From the NCBI GenBank assembly GCA_013239625.1, contig MU053758.1, positions 3,891,490 to 3,938,406 of the forward strand: 46,917 nucleotides of DNA. Reading direction: 5' to 3'. The position numbers and the translations under genes are program-made. The notes under the pieces were generated by a model that searched no databases, was not told the DNA's origin, and was given only the letters and a program-made list of their open reading frames with translations. How positions within the stretch are numbered: position 1 is the stretch's first letter; every line of letters begins with the position of its first letter. This document shows positions 10,709 to 22,430 of this stretch, in pieces. This DNA is from Lama guanicoe. Lineage: Eukaryota.

Positions 10709-10725
10709 GCCACCAGAGGGCAGTG
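10709..10725 (+). promoter_or_regulatory. CTCF motif (GCCACCAGAGGGCAGTG)
   Basis: Close match to the CCASYAGRKGGCRS core; motif only, no binding data. Confidence 0.65.
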
Positions 10726-11649
10726 CCAGTCCACCTACCACCATCATCCCACTCCACCCCTGCTCCCCCAGCTCCCTTGCCTGCAGGGTCGCTAGCCTCT
10801 ACAAAAGAGGCAGTGGATGGTGACTCCATTTTACAGATGGAGAAACCAGGGCTAAGACCTCCGATCCCTCCGCAGCAAGCATTTTGGCCTTGCTGATTGG
10901 TGTCTGACACTGCCCAGGGCTGTCCAGGAGACCCAGGGTGGGTCTCTGACCCCAAAGGCTCCAGAGAGGGCTGATGTGTCCAGGCAGGGCGAGAGCCCAG
11001 GGCTCTGGACTCCCAGAACAGTGCTCCCCACTCCCCAACACAGGTGAGCCCCACCGGGAAATCTCCCAGACAGTGCCTGTTGGGAGAGAAAATTCAAGGA
11101 CTGGAGCCACAGAACCTCAGTGGGGGACGCCCAGCACAGTCATGTCCTCCCAGTTCTCACTTATAGCCCCTCAGCCAAGTCACTTCCTGCAGGGATCAGA
11201 GCTGGAGGTCTAAGTGGGATACAGAGCTGGCAGGTCATAGGGCCAGCCCTGACCGTGGGAAGCAGCTGGGAGGAGGGTGAGGGGAAACAGCGCCCACTGT
11301 GGAGGGGCAAGGCAATCAGCCAGGTCCAGACTGCAGGGCAGGCAATGCTGGCCAGCCTGGGAGGATGTTCTTCCACCCTCAGGCCCCTCTGAGCTCCCTC
11401 CAGGCTCAAGTAGAAGACAGAGGAGCTCTTCACTGCTTGACTTGTCTCCAGAGTCAGCAGCTCCCTCTGATCCTTGGGTCTGTGTCCAGGCTCTGAGCAC
11501 TTCCCGGGGAATTTGTGGGGTTGGAGATCAGGCAGGGAGGGAGATCCCGACTAGGTCCATACTTTGGTGTGTTATTTCATTTTATAGGTGAGAACGGGCC
11601 CAGAGAGGTCAAGTGACTTATCCAAGGACACACAGCCAAGAAGTTATCA

Positions 11650-11805
11650 GGGAGATAATATCACAATACCTTGTAATGGCCTATAATGAAAAAGAATATG
11701 AAAAGGAATATATATATGTATAACTGAATCACTATGCTGTACACCAGAAATTAACACAACATTGTAAATTAGCTATACTTCAGTTAAAAAATAAAATAAA
11801 ATAAT
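11650..11805 (+). mobile_element. 5'-truncated L1 3' end
   Basis: caataccttgtaatggcctataatgaaaaagaatatg...taactgaatcactatgctgtacaccagaaattaacacaacattgtaaa followed by an A-rich tail. Confidence 0.8.
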
Positions 11806-12707
11806 TTTTTTAAAGAGTCCATGTGCTCTCCACTGCCCCCCATTGCCTCTCAGATCAGGAAGGCGGTTAGGGGAGCTGTGCCACCCCCTTCCCTGGGGCT
11901 GGCTGTGTTCACTGACTTCCTTCCACATAACAGTAGTTACAGGCCCACTGCTAGATCTTATTTAACGAATTAAGAAAGACACTTGTCTATTACTATATCA
12001 CACACTGTTAAATACTTGGATCAGTTTATATTATATGTAAGTTCCCTTTACAGTCTTATCTTTTTATCTTAGGTATTTAAACACATGGTTCTCAGAAGGA
12101 GGCCCTGAGGTTCACCAGATGGCCAAGGTGGCACAAAATGGTTAAGAGAAATGGATTGAAGCATTTTTGGTGACGTGACCCAATGACTGACGTTGGCTCA
12201 AAGAGACTCAGCCAACTGAGGGTGGTAACGAAACAGGAACAGCGGGAAAGTGACCATCACTGAAACTGAGTGATGGGGACATGGAAATTCTTTGTCCTGA
12301 TCTCTCTACTTTTCTGAATGCTTGAAATATTCTTTTAGACGTTTTCAAATGTTTGTAATATTCAATTCAGTTCCAACACAATTCAATTCTGTTTCAAATA
12401 AAGTCCTATTTCTTAAATGTAGATCAACAAACAAGGTTTTAAATCACCCATAACCTGGTGATTACTCAGAGAAACCGCTAGACTATGCCAGCACACACTT
12501 TTATTTTGTGTGTGTGTCGGTCTTTCCACGTTGATAACTGGGTCTCTATTCTCATTTCAGTACTGCCCAGTGAGAATGTAAATGAGTGAAGAAATAAACA
12601 ATGCCCTTGCACACCCTGACCTGGCTGGGAACCCCCACAGAAGGGTGGCTCTGTCCCAGAGACACTTCCCTCCAGCAGAAAATACACTTGTCCATTTCCT
12701 CTTCCCT

Positions 12708-12824
12708 CTTTTTTTAAACAAAATTTTTAATTAAGAAAAAAAATGTTAAGGGAGATACTGGGGATTGAACCCAGAACCTTGTGCATGCTAAGCATGTGCT
12801 CTACCACTGAGCTATACCCTCCCC
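12708..12824 (-). mobile_element. tRNA-derived SINE (Vic-1-like)
   Basis: Reverse complement of the same head (gggattgaacccag...ctctaccactgagctataccctcccc). Confidence 0.88.
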
Positions 12825-14319
12825 CTCACATCCCCCTTTTAGCAGCAGAGGTGACACCCTTCAGGAAATCAGAACTCCAGACAGCCCCAACGATGCCCAC
12901 CCTCTCTGAGCCCTACCACTCAGCCCCAGGGGAGGAGATGTCACTGGGTATGAGTGGGAAGCTGTCCAGGCTGAGTGTCCATGCTGACAGCCTCAGTTCT
13001 CTGCAGCCTGCACGCTCCTGTACTCCAAAAGCTTGGAATTCTGGGCCCAACACCCCATCAGCCCTCTCAGGAACAGGCTCACCCCATCGGCAGGTGTTGA
13101 CCCCCATTGCCTATGGAGAGGGGATGCCTGCCTGCCAGAAACCACAGGTGAAGGAGAGACAGACATTGCCTTACAGACGCTATACCTGCTCTTCCTTCTT
13201 CAAACCTCAGTTCAGGCGCCACCTCCTCTGAGAAGCCTTCCCTGATGTAACCTGGCCAGAACTGGGCCCCTGCTCCTCTCTGTGCTTCCCTCTCTCAACA
13301 CACTGGTGCAGAGCCAAGAACAGCCACTGTGCCCCATTGCTGATACCTCTGAGCCCATCCCGGCCTACAGCAAGGGGGAGATGCTTTGTACCTTGACATA
13401 AGCCAGAAATAATGAGGTTGTCCTGAAACTGGGTCTGGTCTTCAAAATAATAAAGCTTGAGCTTTTCCCGTAAACCTGGACCCCCTAACAAAACAAGTGG
13501 ATTCCTGAAGCTAAGTCATGCCCTTTGTGAATGTGCTATGTGAAATACCAGCCACTTGCCGCCGGAGACAGGGCCGTGCTGAGGTTTCCCTTAAATCCCT
13601 GTTGTGTTTCCTATTTGGAGAGCAGGTCTTCCCTGCACTCTCACAAGTAGGCTCTCCGTTCCTTTCTTCTAAGCTTGGGTCCCGAGTCTTCCTTCAACAC
13701 AGGCTGTGAACACTGATCTCCCCGCCGGGGGACCCCACCAGACTCGCCAGCTCACGGCAGGCATTGCTGGTCCCCATCTCTGAGTCCCAGCGCCTGGCCC
13801 AGGCTGGCACCACCCAGTCAACGCTTGCTAGGTGATTTAGCCAACAAGGAGATTCCGTCGGTGGACAGGGTCTGATACACGCAGACCCCAGGCTATTCCT
13901 CAAGGCCCAGCTCTCCCCAGAACCCTCCCAACCTTGGGAGGAGGGCGGGCAGAGTACCTCGGAATTGAGTTAGGTGTCCTGGATTCATATCCCAGCCCTG
14001 GTGCTCACACAGCTGTGTCGCCTTTGAACGTTTCCTAACCTCTCTGAGTCTCAGGGGCCTCACCTTGTATAATTTACCTTCATTTAAAGACACACCTCAC
14101 AGGGCTGTGGTGATTAACAGAGATTATTCAATAAAACACTTAGCACCTGAGGGCTCAAAACTGCTGTCGTTAATGTTACTTAAAACAACTGAGTTACAGG
14201 AAGGTCACTAAAACTTCCTCGGCCTCAAAAGTAAAATGAGAGGCAATTACCTCCAACCTCAAAGTCGTTTTTTCTCAGACTCCCCACCCAGGTTCCTACG
14301 TCCCTGTCTTTGCTGTTCC

Positions 14320-14460
14320 CGTTGCCATGAATACTGGTGCCTCGCAGGGACGCTGGTCAAACGACTCGTCCCGATTCAGACTGAGGCGCAAACATCCCCC
14401 ACTTCCTCCCCGGGCTCCCGGACCCGCCCAGCCTCCTAGGCGCATGCGCACTTCCCCGCT
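14320..14460. promoter_or_regulatory. Orphan promoter/enhancer-like motif cluster (RFX-like, GC box, NRF1, ETS)
   Basis: GTTGCCATGAATAC 14321-14334, ACTTCC 14401-14406, CCCGCCC 14423-14429, GCGCATGCGCA 14440-14450 abutting CACTTCC; locally CpG-enriched. Confidence 0.5.
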
Positions 14461-15086
14461 GGCCTGCCGGTGCTGGCTCACTGTCCATCTCGCCCAGGAA
14501 GACCAGGATGTTGGCCTCCCTAGCCCCAGTGCCTTACAAAGCCTGGCAAAGAGCAGGCCCTTAGGAAGCATTCGGTGAATGGAGGAACGAGTGAATGAAT
14601 GACTCACAAATCTAGCCAATGCAGCGCTACCACTGTCCCCCAGGGACGTCAAACTTCTGGCAACACAGACAATACAGGACCGCATTTTGAATCATTTTCC
14701 AAAGCTTCGTGGTACTAGCACTTTATTGTGAACGTAGGGGTCAACTTAATTTCTCAAATCATTCCCACACATCCTGGGTGTAGCTGAATTCCTCCGTATT
14801 TCCTACCTGTGCACAGATGTTTTTAGATCAAAGTGTAGAATTTAGGATTCCATCTAATTATTTCCTACGTAGTTAGCTTATTGACTGAATCTTTGAAGCC
14901 AACTTACATGCTTTGGGGAGGAGGTCGTGTAGAACTGTTTAAAACAATTTTTAGTGGAAGCCTCACTCTATTAACTTATTAGATAATAAGTTATTTTTCA
15001 TAACTTATTTTTTTAATTGACAGGCTTTATTTTTAAGAGCCATTTTAGGTTCACAGATGAGAATTTAAGACTTATTTTAATAACTT

Positions 15087-15345
15087 TCTTTTTAATTTAA
15101 TTATAGTCAGTTTACAATGTTGTGTTAATTCCTGGTGTGCAGCATAGTGAATCAGTTGTACACATATATATTCCTTTTCATATTTTTTCATTATAGGTTA
15201 TTACAAGGTATTGAACATAGGGAAAGGTGGATGGAGGGATAAATTGGGAGTTTAGGATTTGCAGACACTAGCTACTACTATATATAAAATAGATAAACAG
15301 CAAGATCCTACTGCATGGCACAGGGAACTATATTCAATACCTGTA
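15087..15345 (-). mobile_element. 5'-inverted, truncated L1 with 15-bp TSD
   Basis: L1 3' end on minus (15087 to about 15219) joined to the adjacent upstream L1 segment on plus (about 15220-15345); ttattttaataactt repeated at 15072-15086 and 15346-15360. Confidence 0.85.
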
Positions 15346-15436
15346 TTATTTTAATAACTTGATGTTGAAATCTCACCTTGTTGGATTATGCCCCTTATTC
15401 TGGCTCACCACCTTTTCTTGGAGGGGGGGCTCACTT

Positions 15437-15450
15437 CTGCCATCTAGCGA
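15437..15450 (-). promoter_or_regulatory. CTCF-like motif (TCGCTAGATGGCAG)
   Basis: Matches the CTCF core except at the first base; motif only. Confidence 0.45.
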
Positions 15451-16749
15451 GTAACTCTCCCTTGTGATTGGTATCAGCATTGTTGTCTGCATCGGTCTGT
15501 CTGACTGCTTTACTACTGCTGATACCAAGGTAGTGATGTTGACCATGCAAGTGGCAGAGACCTTCCTCTAGACCCTCCAGAAAGACAGGGCCAGGTCCCT
15601 ATTCCTTGGGTGTGGCTCAGTCAGGTCTGCCCACCTCACATAGGCCTGTATTTCCCATCTGGTCTGCTACTCCATCAGCTCCTTTGCTGAAACCCAGACA
15701 CTCGGTTCTTCTGCTGGATCCCCCAACAAACCCACCTAAAAAGCAGCAGTTGGTCTAGAAGACTCATTCCTAGTCACAGAAGGCATGACTGGTTGTCTAC
15801 CCTAGGTCTTCTGCATCCTTCCTTTCTTCCTATTAGAAACCTGATTTTTTTTCAAGTGGCTGCAGTATTGTTTCCCAGCTTCCCTTGCAGCAAGAGATGG
15901 TTATACGACAGTTTTCAGCCCATGTCCAGATGTATCCCTCGGGTAGATTTCCCTTCTAGAAGGCAAAAAGGCAGTCTCTCTAGAAAAGAGCTCTCGCCCT
16001 GTCCCCTTCTTCCTGCTGGAATCACTGTGCTTTCTCACTTCCTCTTGTTTGGAAAGTGAAGCAGGCATTATTCCCATTTTACAGATGAGGACATTGACAT
16101 TCAGTGAAGTGAATCGACTTTCTCAAGGTTGCAGGGCTCAGACAGCTCTTCCATGAAAACTGAAGGAGCAGTTAATTCACTCCGTTGAGATTAACTTGCC
16201 TTGTTTCCCTTTGTGACTAGGCTGCCAGGAAGCTCAGCACCTAATGAGGAAGCTCAATTATGGCTAGTGTTAACCCTTAACATGGGTGCTTTGCTGCCCC
16301 TTCCTTTTCCTTGTCTTCACTGCCTGTTTTGAGACTTGAAAGACCAATCCTTTCTTGTAATCCATCTTGAGTCCTATTTTGGAAAGATGGGAGGCGTGGA
16401 AAAGAAAATTATCTTTCATTGGCATCCCCAGATCCCCTCTCCACTCTGCTCTGGGCAGAGGGGGACATGAATGGACCACAATGATGGGCTCTCTGGTCTC
16501 CGCTTGGGTTTGGCCAACAGAAAGCACCAGTAGGAGGGAGCAATGTCGCAGCCCCCCCTTGTCAGGAGCCTTATCTTGGGTCCTATCACCAAGCAGCACT
16601 CCTTCCCTTCCTGCCTGACTAGAAGAGGTAAGTTTACCACAGTAAGCCCCTTCTCCCTTACTGTTTCCTATACCTGCCCACACCTCTGTAAACGGTCCCT
16701 TTACCAAATTCTGAAATTACCCAAGTTGAGTGTTTCCTATCAGGGCCCT

Positions 16750-17126
16750 CTTATGGGAATGCCTGTGTCCTTCCAAATTCATTTATTGAAGTCCTGGCTT
16801 CCAATGTGATAGTATTTGGAGACAGGGCCTTTGGCGGGTAAATAGGTTTAGATGAGGTTGCAAGGGTGAAACCCTCATGATGGAATTAGTGCCCTTATTA
16901 AGAGGGAGAGAAACCTCTCCCCCTCTGAACAGGCACCAAGGAAAGGCCATTGGAGCACACAGCAAAGGGGCATTGTCTACAAGCCAAGAAGTGGTCTCTC
17001 ATCAGACATGGAATCCACTGGCACCTTGATCTTGGACTTCCAGCTTCCAGAGCTGTGAAAAATACCTGTCTGTCGTTTAAGCCACCAGTCTACAGTATTG
17101 TTAAGAGCAGCCAGAGCAGACTGACA
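16750..17126 (+). mobile_element. MaLR solo LTR (MLT1A-like)
   Basis: ccaatgtgatagtatttggag...gggcctttgg...ccctcatgatggaattagtgcccttat...cttggacttccagcttccagagctgtga...gactgaca. Confidence 0.8.
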
Positions 17127-18180
17127 GGCCCTGAACACAGTGCGTTATTAAAAGACCTTCTTGTGATCTCTGAAAATTCTGTTCTCCCCTCCCTTCCATG
17201 GCTTCCCTTGGTGGAGCTCCACCCAGCATCTCACCCCTCTGGCCAGCACCTTACAGCCACCTCCTAATGGGCTCCGTGCCCTGGTCCCAGCATCCATACC
17301 AGTCCCTAACATCACATCTGTGACACTGCTCCTCCATGAACGAGGCCATGGTCTCCTCCACTGTCTGAGCTCCAGGCAGTAGAGAAATGAGACAATGGAC
17401 CTGGTGAGTGCAGGCCCACAGGGACCACGTGTTTCAGGCTTGGCATGAGAGTTAGCCCTCCCTAGGAAGGAGAATTTGGAGACATGGGTGGGGGACCATC
17501 AAATAAGGTGACAATGACACCAACATGATGGGTAAAATCATAGCCGTTGCACAGGACATTATGGAGCAGAGAAGGGGCACCAGCTCAGCCTGGCCGGGAC
17601 AGGGCAGATCCCAATGGGTGAGCAGCTGAAGGTATTCCAGGCAGAGGTAACAGCATGAACAAAAATCAGGAGGCAAGAGACAGCGTGGAGGATGCTGGCT
17701 GAGTGGCTGAAGGGAGTGGGGGGAGGTGAGCAGGGGCCAGGTGGGCCCACCACAGACCAATAGCGGGCTTCGACTCCAAGCCACAGGCCAGGGGTGTGTT
17801 CTGCCCAGGAGAGCTCAGCCGAACTTCATTAAGGCTGGACGGAGGCAGAGCAGAATGGAGGTTGAGAGGCTGGCAAGGAGGTTCCCCACTGGAGACAAAT
17901 AATGCCTGGTGTTCCCGAAAGGGATGACACAGAGCCCCAGTCATCTCTTCACCCTTCCTAGCCTCCTAAGGTGCAAAGTTGTGTGTATTACATTAAATTA
18001 AATCAACTCTGGCTCCTGGAATGCTCTTCTCCCTGCCACTCCTCTCTCCCTTACTCTCCCTGAACACAAGACGGCCATGAGGACACTTGGCATCCAGCCT
18101 CAGAGGCATCTGGCTGCTAAGGGAGCCCCATCTCCCCATCCCACTCCCCAAAACAGCCTCCATCAGATCTGTGTGTTAGT

Positions 18181-18186
18181 TTTATT
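18181..18186 (-). terminator. JUP: JUP polyadenylation signal AATAAA (3' UTR about 18160-19321)
   Basis: First AATAAA I could find on the minus strand after the stop codon, preceded by a U-rich stretch. Confidence 0.8.
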
Positions 18187-19321
18187 GTCTTTGCTTTGGT
18201 CTATACAAAAAAACCAATAACCAAAAACATAAAGCGGTAATAATAAAACTCTCTGCTGGGACCCCCCCCAGCCCCCACACCCATGTGCAGGAGGTAGTGA
18301 GGGGAGTTTGAAACAGGAAGGGGAAGAGAAAGCCCCTCACCGCACACCAGAGGGGTCAGCCAAGAGCACTTCTCAGGGGTCAGCTAGGGCAGTTACATGG
18401 ATGGGGGGGGGCGAGGAAGCTGTCCCCAAGCTCCCCTGGGGTGGGTGCCAAAGCCAGTTGAGCATCCTGGAGAGAGGAGCAGGCAGTGTCCTGGAGCGGG
18501 GGACTCGCTCTGCACATCTTCGCCCCATTTCCCTGGACGATCCCTGAACTTTTCAAGAGAAGCTTTGGATTCTGGGCCTTTGGGCCTTGAACATGGGTCC
18601 CGGAGACCCCAGGGGCTCAGCACAGTTGCTGAATGGAGTTCAGTGATCAGAGCCAGAGGAGAAACCAAAGCCCCGTGGGGCCCAAGCCACTGGAGACAGC
18701 CCGAGAGGAGGGGAGATTTCCAGGGGAGGGCAGCCCAGGAGGAGGGTAGGTTTCTGGGGGAACAGAGGGTGCCTCGAGTCTCTAAGCTTTAGTGCCAGGG
18801 CCTCGAGGGTAGAAGGGGGTGTCGGGCCCTGGACCCCTGGCCCAGAACAGAAAAGCAGGAGCAGATCACCATCCCAAGACAGACCCTACAGAGGACCTCT
18901 GGAGGCGTGGGGTTCAGCCGGAAGCCGCACCCTGCTGCCCGGGCTCAGGCACTTTGCTATCTTGCCCCATCACCTGCGCGGAGAGCCTCTCAGATGGGAG
19001 ACCGCACCTGGGGGAGGGGCAGACACAGAGGGGTCAGGCTGGGCCTGTGACCCCTAGGAGCTCATGCCAGTCCAGAGTCACCTGCCGACCACCCATAGGA
19101 GGAGCAGGACCCCCTACCCCAAGCAGAGATAACAAAACGTGGCAGGCCGAGGCCTTCTCTCGGGGAGCTCAGCACCAAGAAGCCCACACTTATCCCCCAA
19201 AAAGGAGCCAGGGTTTCAACGGAAACATGAGAGGGCCTCAGCAGGAAGGAGGTTCTAAAGGGAAGGGAAAGCGCGAGGGAGAGCTGCAAAGTGGGGAGGC
19301 ATCATACTGGGATCCAGCCAG

Positions 19322-19473
19322 CTAGGCCAGCATGTGGTCCGCAGTAGGGAAGGGGGGCCGGAGGCCGTCGCTGTAGGTGTCGATCGGATAGTCCCCGTCC
19401 ATGTCCATGTGCATCTCCAGGGGGTCCAGGGGCACATCACTCGAGTACATGGGGCGGTAGGTGGCATCCATGT
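19322..19473 (-). CDS. JUP: JUP exon 14 coding part (DMDATYRPMY...PTADHMLA*)
   Basis: ccttcccag| acceptor; 152 nt to TAG; plakoglobin C-terminus. Confidence 0.97.
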
Positions 19474-19735
19474 CTGGGAAGGAGAAAGGAGCTCCATCTA
19501 AGGGTCTCAGGCTACCCTGTGGGGGGCCTGGACAGACCTCAGCCACACTCCAGGGGGCCTGCCCTCCTCCCCAGACTCCCATGCCAGGGATATGGAGAGT
19601 ACACGTGAACACTACGGTAGCTGTCCCTGGTCCTTTGGCAATGGGGATACAAAGCCGCTTTGTCTCTCACACCCACACAGCACCCCGCCCCCCGCCCCAG
19701 ACTCTCTGGGGTCCTGAGGAACTCTGCACACTTAC

Positions 19736-19775
19736 CATCTGCATAGGGTTCATTGATGGGGATCATGCTCTGGGC
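19736..19775 (-). CDS. JUP: JUP exon 13 (AQSMIPINEPYAD)
   Basis: atccttag| acceptor and |gtaagt donor; 40 nt. Confidence 0.96.
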
Positions 19776-20079
19776 CTAAGGATGGAGACAAAGAGAAACA
19801 TTGTGGGAGAGGGGAAGGGTGGAAACGCAGGCTCTGGGCTGGGGGGCACTGAGAAAATGCTTCTATAAAGAGTGCTGGGGGAAAAGCAAAGACCCCTTGA
19901 AGGGACAGAGGATGAGATGGGGTCACACAGTGCCTTGATCAATTTCCGTCCTCAGGAACCTCCCCAGGGTCCCACCATTCATGCTTGGGGGCACTCATAG
20001 AACTAGAACAGCCCAGGGGAGGGGAGTGGAGGGCAGACAGGACTGGAGAATGGGTACTGGGAGCTGCCCTACCCAGGAT

Positions 20080-20352
20080 CAGGGCAGCCACCAGCTTATA
20101 TAGCACTTTGTGAAAGTAAGAGAAAGGCACCCCTGCCCCAGTACTTTATATTAGTTTGGACAAAATAAAAATGCCATTATGCAGGTCAAAAACAGGTAAG
20201 ATGGTGTAACCTACAACTTCCATCTGTTGAGAATTGTCATAAATGATTCAATTATAAAATAAAAATCCATGAAGTTGACAGGAGATAGGAGCCCCCTTAA
20301 AAGTGCCATCTTTGTGCAGTGTGCAACTTGCACAACCATATACTGCAGCCCA
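20080..20352. mobile_element. Possible old hAT/Tip100 (MER91-like) DNA transposon remnant
   Basis: cagggcagcc at the left and ttgtgcagtgtgcaacttgcacaaccatatactgcagccc at the right resemble recalled MER91 termini. Confidence 0.45.
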
Positions 20353-20367
20353 ACTCCAGGTACTCAC

Positions 20368-20489
20368 AGCCTCCCAGGCGGCAGGGTCATGCTTGAAGAG
20401 GGAGTTGGTGAGCTCCACAGACACACGCTTACGGTAATCTGGGTTCTTGTCCTCGGAGATGCGGAACAGGACAGCAGCGGCGTAGGTGG
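20368..20489 (-). CDS. JUP: JUP exon 12 ([41 protein letters not shown])
   Basis: Translated by hand; ctgttcag| acceptor and |gtgagt donor; 122 nt. Confidence 0.96.
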
Positions 20490-20602
20490 CTGAACAGAGG
20501 GAAGAAGACAGGCCAAGTCAGGCCCCTGCCTCCACCCAGACTGGGGGAACAACATCCAGCCTCTCCCCTCATCGCCCCCATAGCCCCAGCCTAGACCCTC
20601 AC

Positions 20603-20753
20603 CGGTGCCCTCGTTGCGGGAGTGCAGGAGCTCCATGAGTGGGGCTGAGGCCCCCTCAGCATCAATGGCGTCGGCTGCCTCCTTGTCCTGGGCCAGCTCA
20701 CACAGCACCCCAGCAGCTACACGCTGGATGTTCTCCACCGAGGAGTACAGGAG
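20603..20753 (-). CDS. JUP: JUP exon 11 ([12 protein letters not shown]...SRNEGT)
   Basis: tccccag| acceptor and |gtgagg donor; 151 nt; armadillo repeats. Confidence 0.97.
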
Positions 20754-21024
20754 CTGGGGAGGGGGGCGCAGGGCCAGCGTAAGGCAGGCCGGCAGCACAC
20801 CTCACAGCCCTGCCCACCTCTGCCTCCCTTTTTTGGATTTAACCCAAGTCCACACTAGGAAATGTATAAAGTCTAAGAAAAGTATAAAGAAACAGAAAAG
20901 CAGCTACAATCCCCCAGCCAGATACAGCTTGTTAACACACTGGTATACTTCCATTGGATTTTTATCATCACTTTTAAATATATATATATTTACATATATA
21001 TGTAAATCATATATATATGATTCC

Positions 21025-21147
21025 CTTTTGGCGGAGGAGGTAATTGAGTTTATTTATTTATTTACTTTTTTAATGGACGTACTCGGGACTGAACCCAGGA
21101 TCTCGAGCCTGCTAAGCACGCTCTACCACTAAGCTATACCCTCCCCC
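21025..21147 (-). mobile_element. tRNA-derived SINE (Vic-1-like)
   Basis: ggaggtaattgagtttatttattt...gggactgaacccagg...ctctaccactaagctataccctcccc. Confidence 0.87.
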
Positions 21148-21678
21148 TGTAGTACAGGAGAGCAGTTCTGACTCTGTTGTATCTGTTCTTTTAGCTCTAA
21201 CCAGTGTGCCGTTTTCTAGGTTTATTCTTGCTAGCTCTGCACTCTTTGTAAAACATTGTTGCCTTTAGCCTGTCTGGTAAACAGGAGAGCCTTTTCTCAA
21301 GGCTCTGACCTTTAAGGACATTAACACTTCTGCACTTACATAAAGACAAGCTGCAGAATAGAACCTAACTTTTGTTTTGTTGAAGGTTTACACGGAAAGG
21401 TTTACACGGACACCATGACCTGACCCACGTGGACAGCTGCAAGAACAAAGAATTCCTGCAGCAAGAAGTTTGTAACAACCAACCACACCCCCTCCCGTTT
21501 TTTTGTGTAAAAGGAGCCTGTATTCTGACTGGAGCAGGATGGTTCTCCAAGACGTTAGTCTGCCATCCTCTTGGTCTGCCCGCTTTCTGAATAAAGTCAC
21601 TATTTCTTGCCCCAACACCTCATCTCCTGATTTTTTGGCCTGTCATGCAGCCAGCAGAACAGTTTGGACTTGGCAACA
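21148..21678 (+). mobile_element. Solo ERV LTR (ERV1-like), antisense to JUP
   Basis: TGT...ACA termini, AATAAA 21590-21595, degenerate TATA (tgtaaaa 21506-21512), 14-bp tandem repeat 21383-21410, flanks ccccc/tcccc. Confidence 0.8.
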
Positions 21679-21784
21679 TCCCCGACAGATTCCTGTTTGT
21701 TTTTTTAAATCAAATATTGTAGCAGAATGCTTTTTCCCATATAATTCAATAGCTGTTCTTAAAAACCTGAGTTCATATTGATAT

Positions 21785-22010
21785 TCAGGAGAGAAAGAGG
21801 CAAGGTAGATAGGCAGGGGATTGAGAGGTACAAACTACTAGATATAAAATAAATAAGCTACAAGGGTATATTGTACAACACAGAGAATATATCCCAATAT
21901 TTTATAGTAACTATAAGTGGAGCTAATCTTTAAAATTATGAATCACTATGTTGTACACCTGAAATTTACATAATACTGTACATTAACTGTATCAATAGAA
22001 AAAAAAGGAA
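21785..22010 (+). mobile_element. 5'-truncated L1 3' end
   Basis: gaggtacaaactactagatataaaataaataagctacaagg...atcactatgttgtacacctgaaa followed by an A tail. Confidence 0.75.
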
Positions 22011-22208
22011 GGAAGGAAGAGAATGCTACAAAGCAAACAAAAACAAAAATTAAAAATCCTCATCGATCACAATTGGAGGTAGTTACCGGTACCAATTCCT
22101 TGCTTGGAACATTAAAAATTAAAGGATTAAAAAAAATTTAAAGGAAAAAAATTTCAAAGACAAAAAAATTCTTCAACACCATTGTCTATGACCTCATGAT
22201 ATAATGGA

Positions 22209-22340
22209 CTTTTTTTTTTTTTAAGTTTAGATTTTTACTTTCAGTTTTTTGGTTTTTGTTTCCCCTTAACAGAGGCATTGAGAATTTTACCCAGGACCTC
22301 GTGCACGCCAGCACATGCTCTGCCACTGAGCTATACCCAC
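22209..22340 (-). mobile_element. Diverged tRNA-derived SINE
   Basis: T-rich tail then cccaggacctcgtgcacg...ctctgccactgagctataccc. Confidence 0.8.
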
Positions 22341-22430
22341 CAAACCCCTCAGTCCGTCCTCAATTCTAAGTAAGGTTGCAATTGTCAGCGGTGTGCATAC
22401 ATCTGTATCATATTTAAATCACATCATGTT

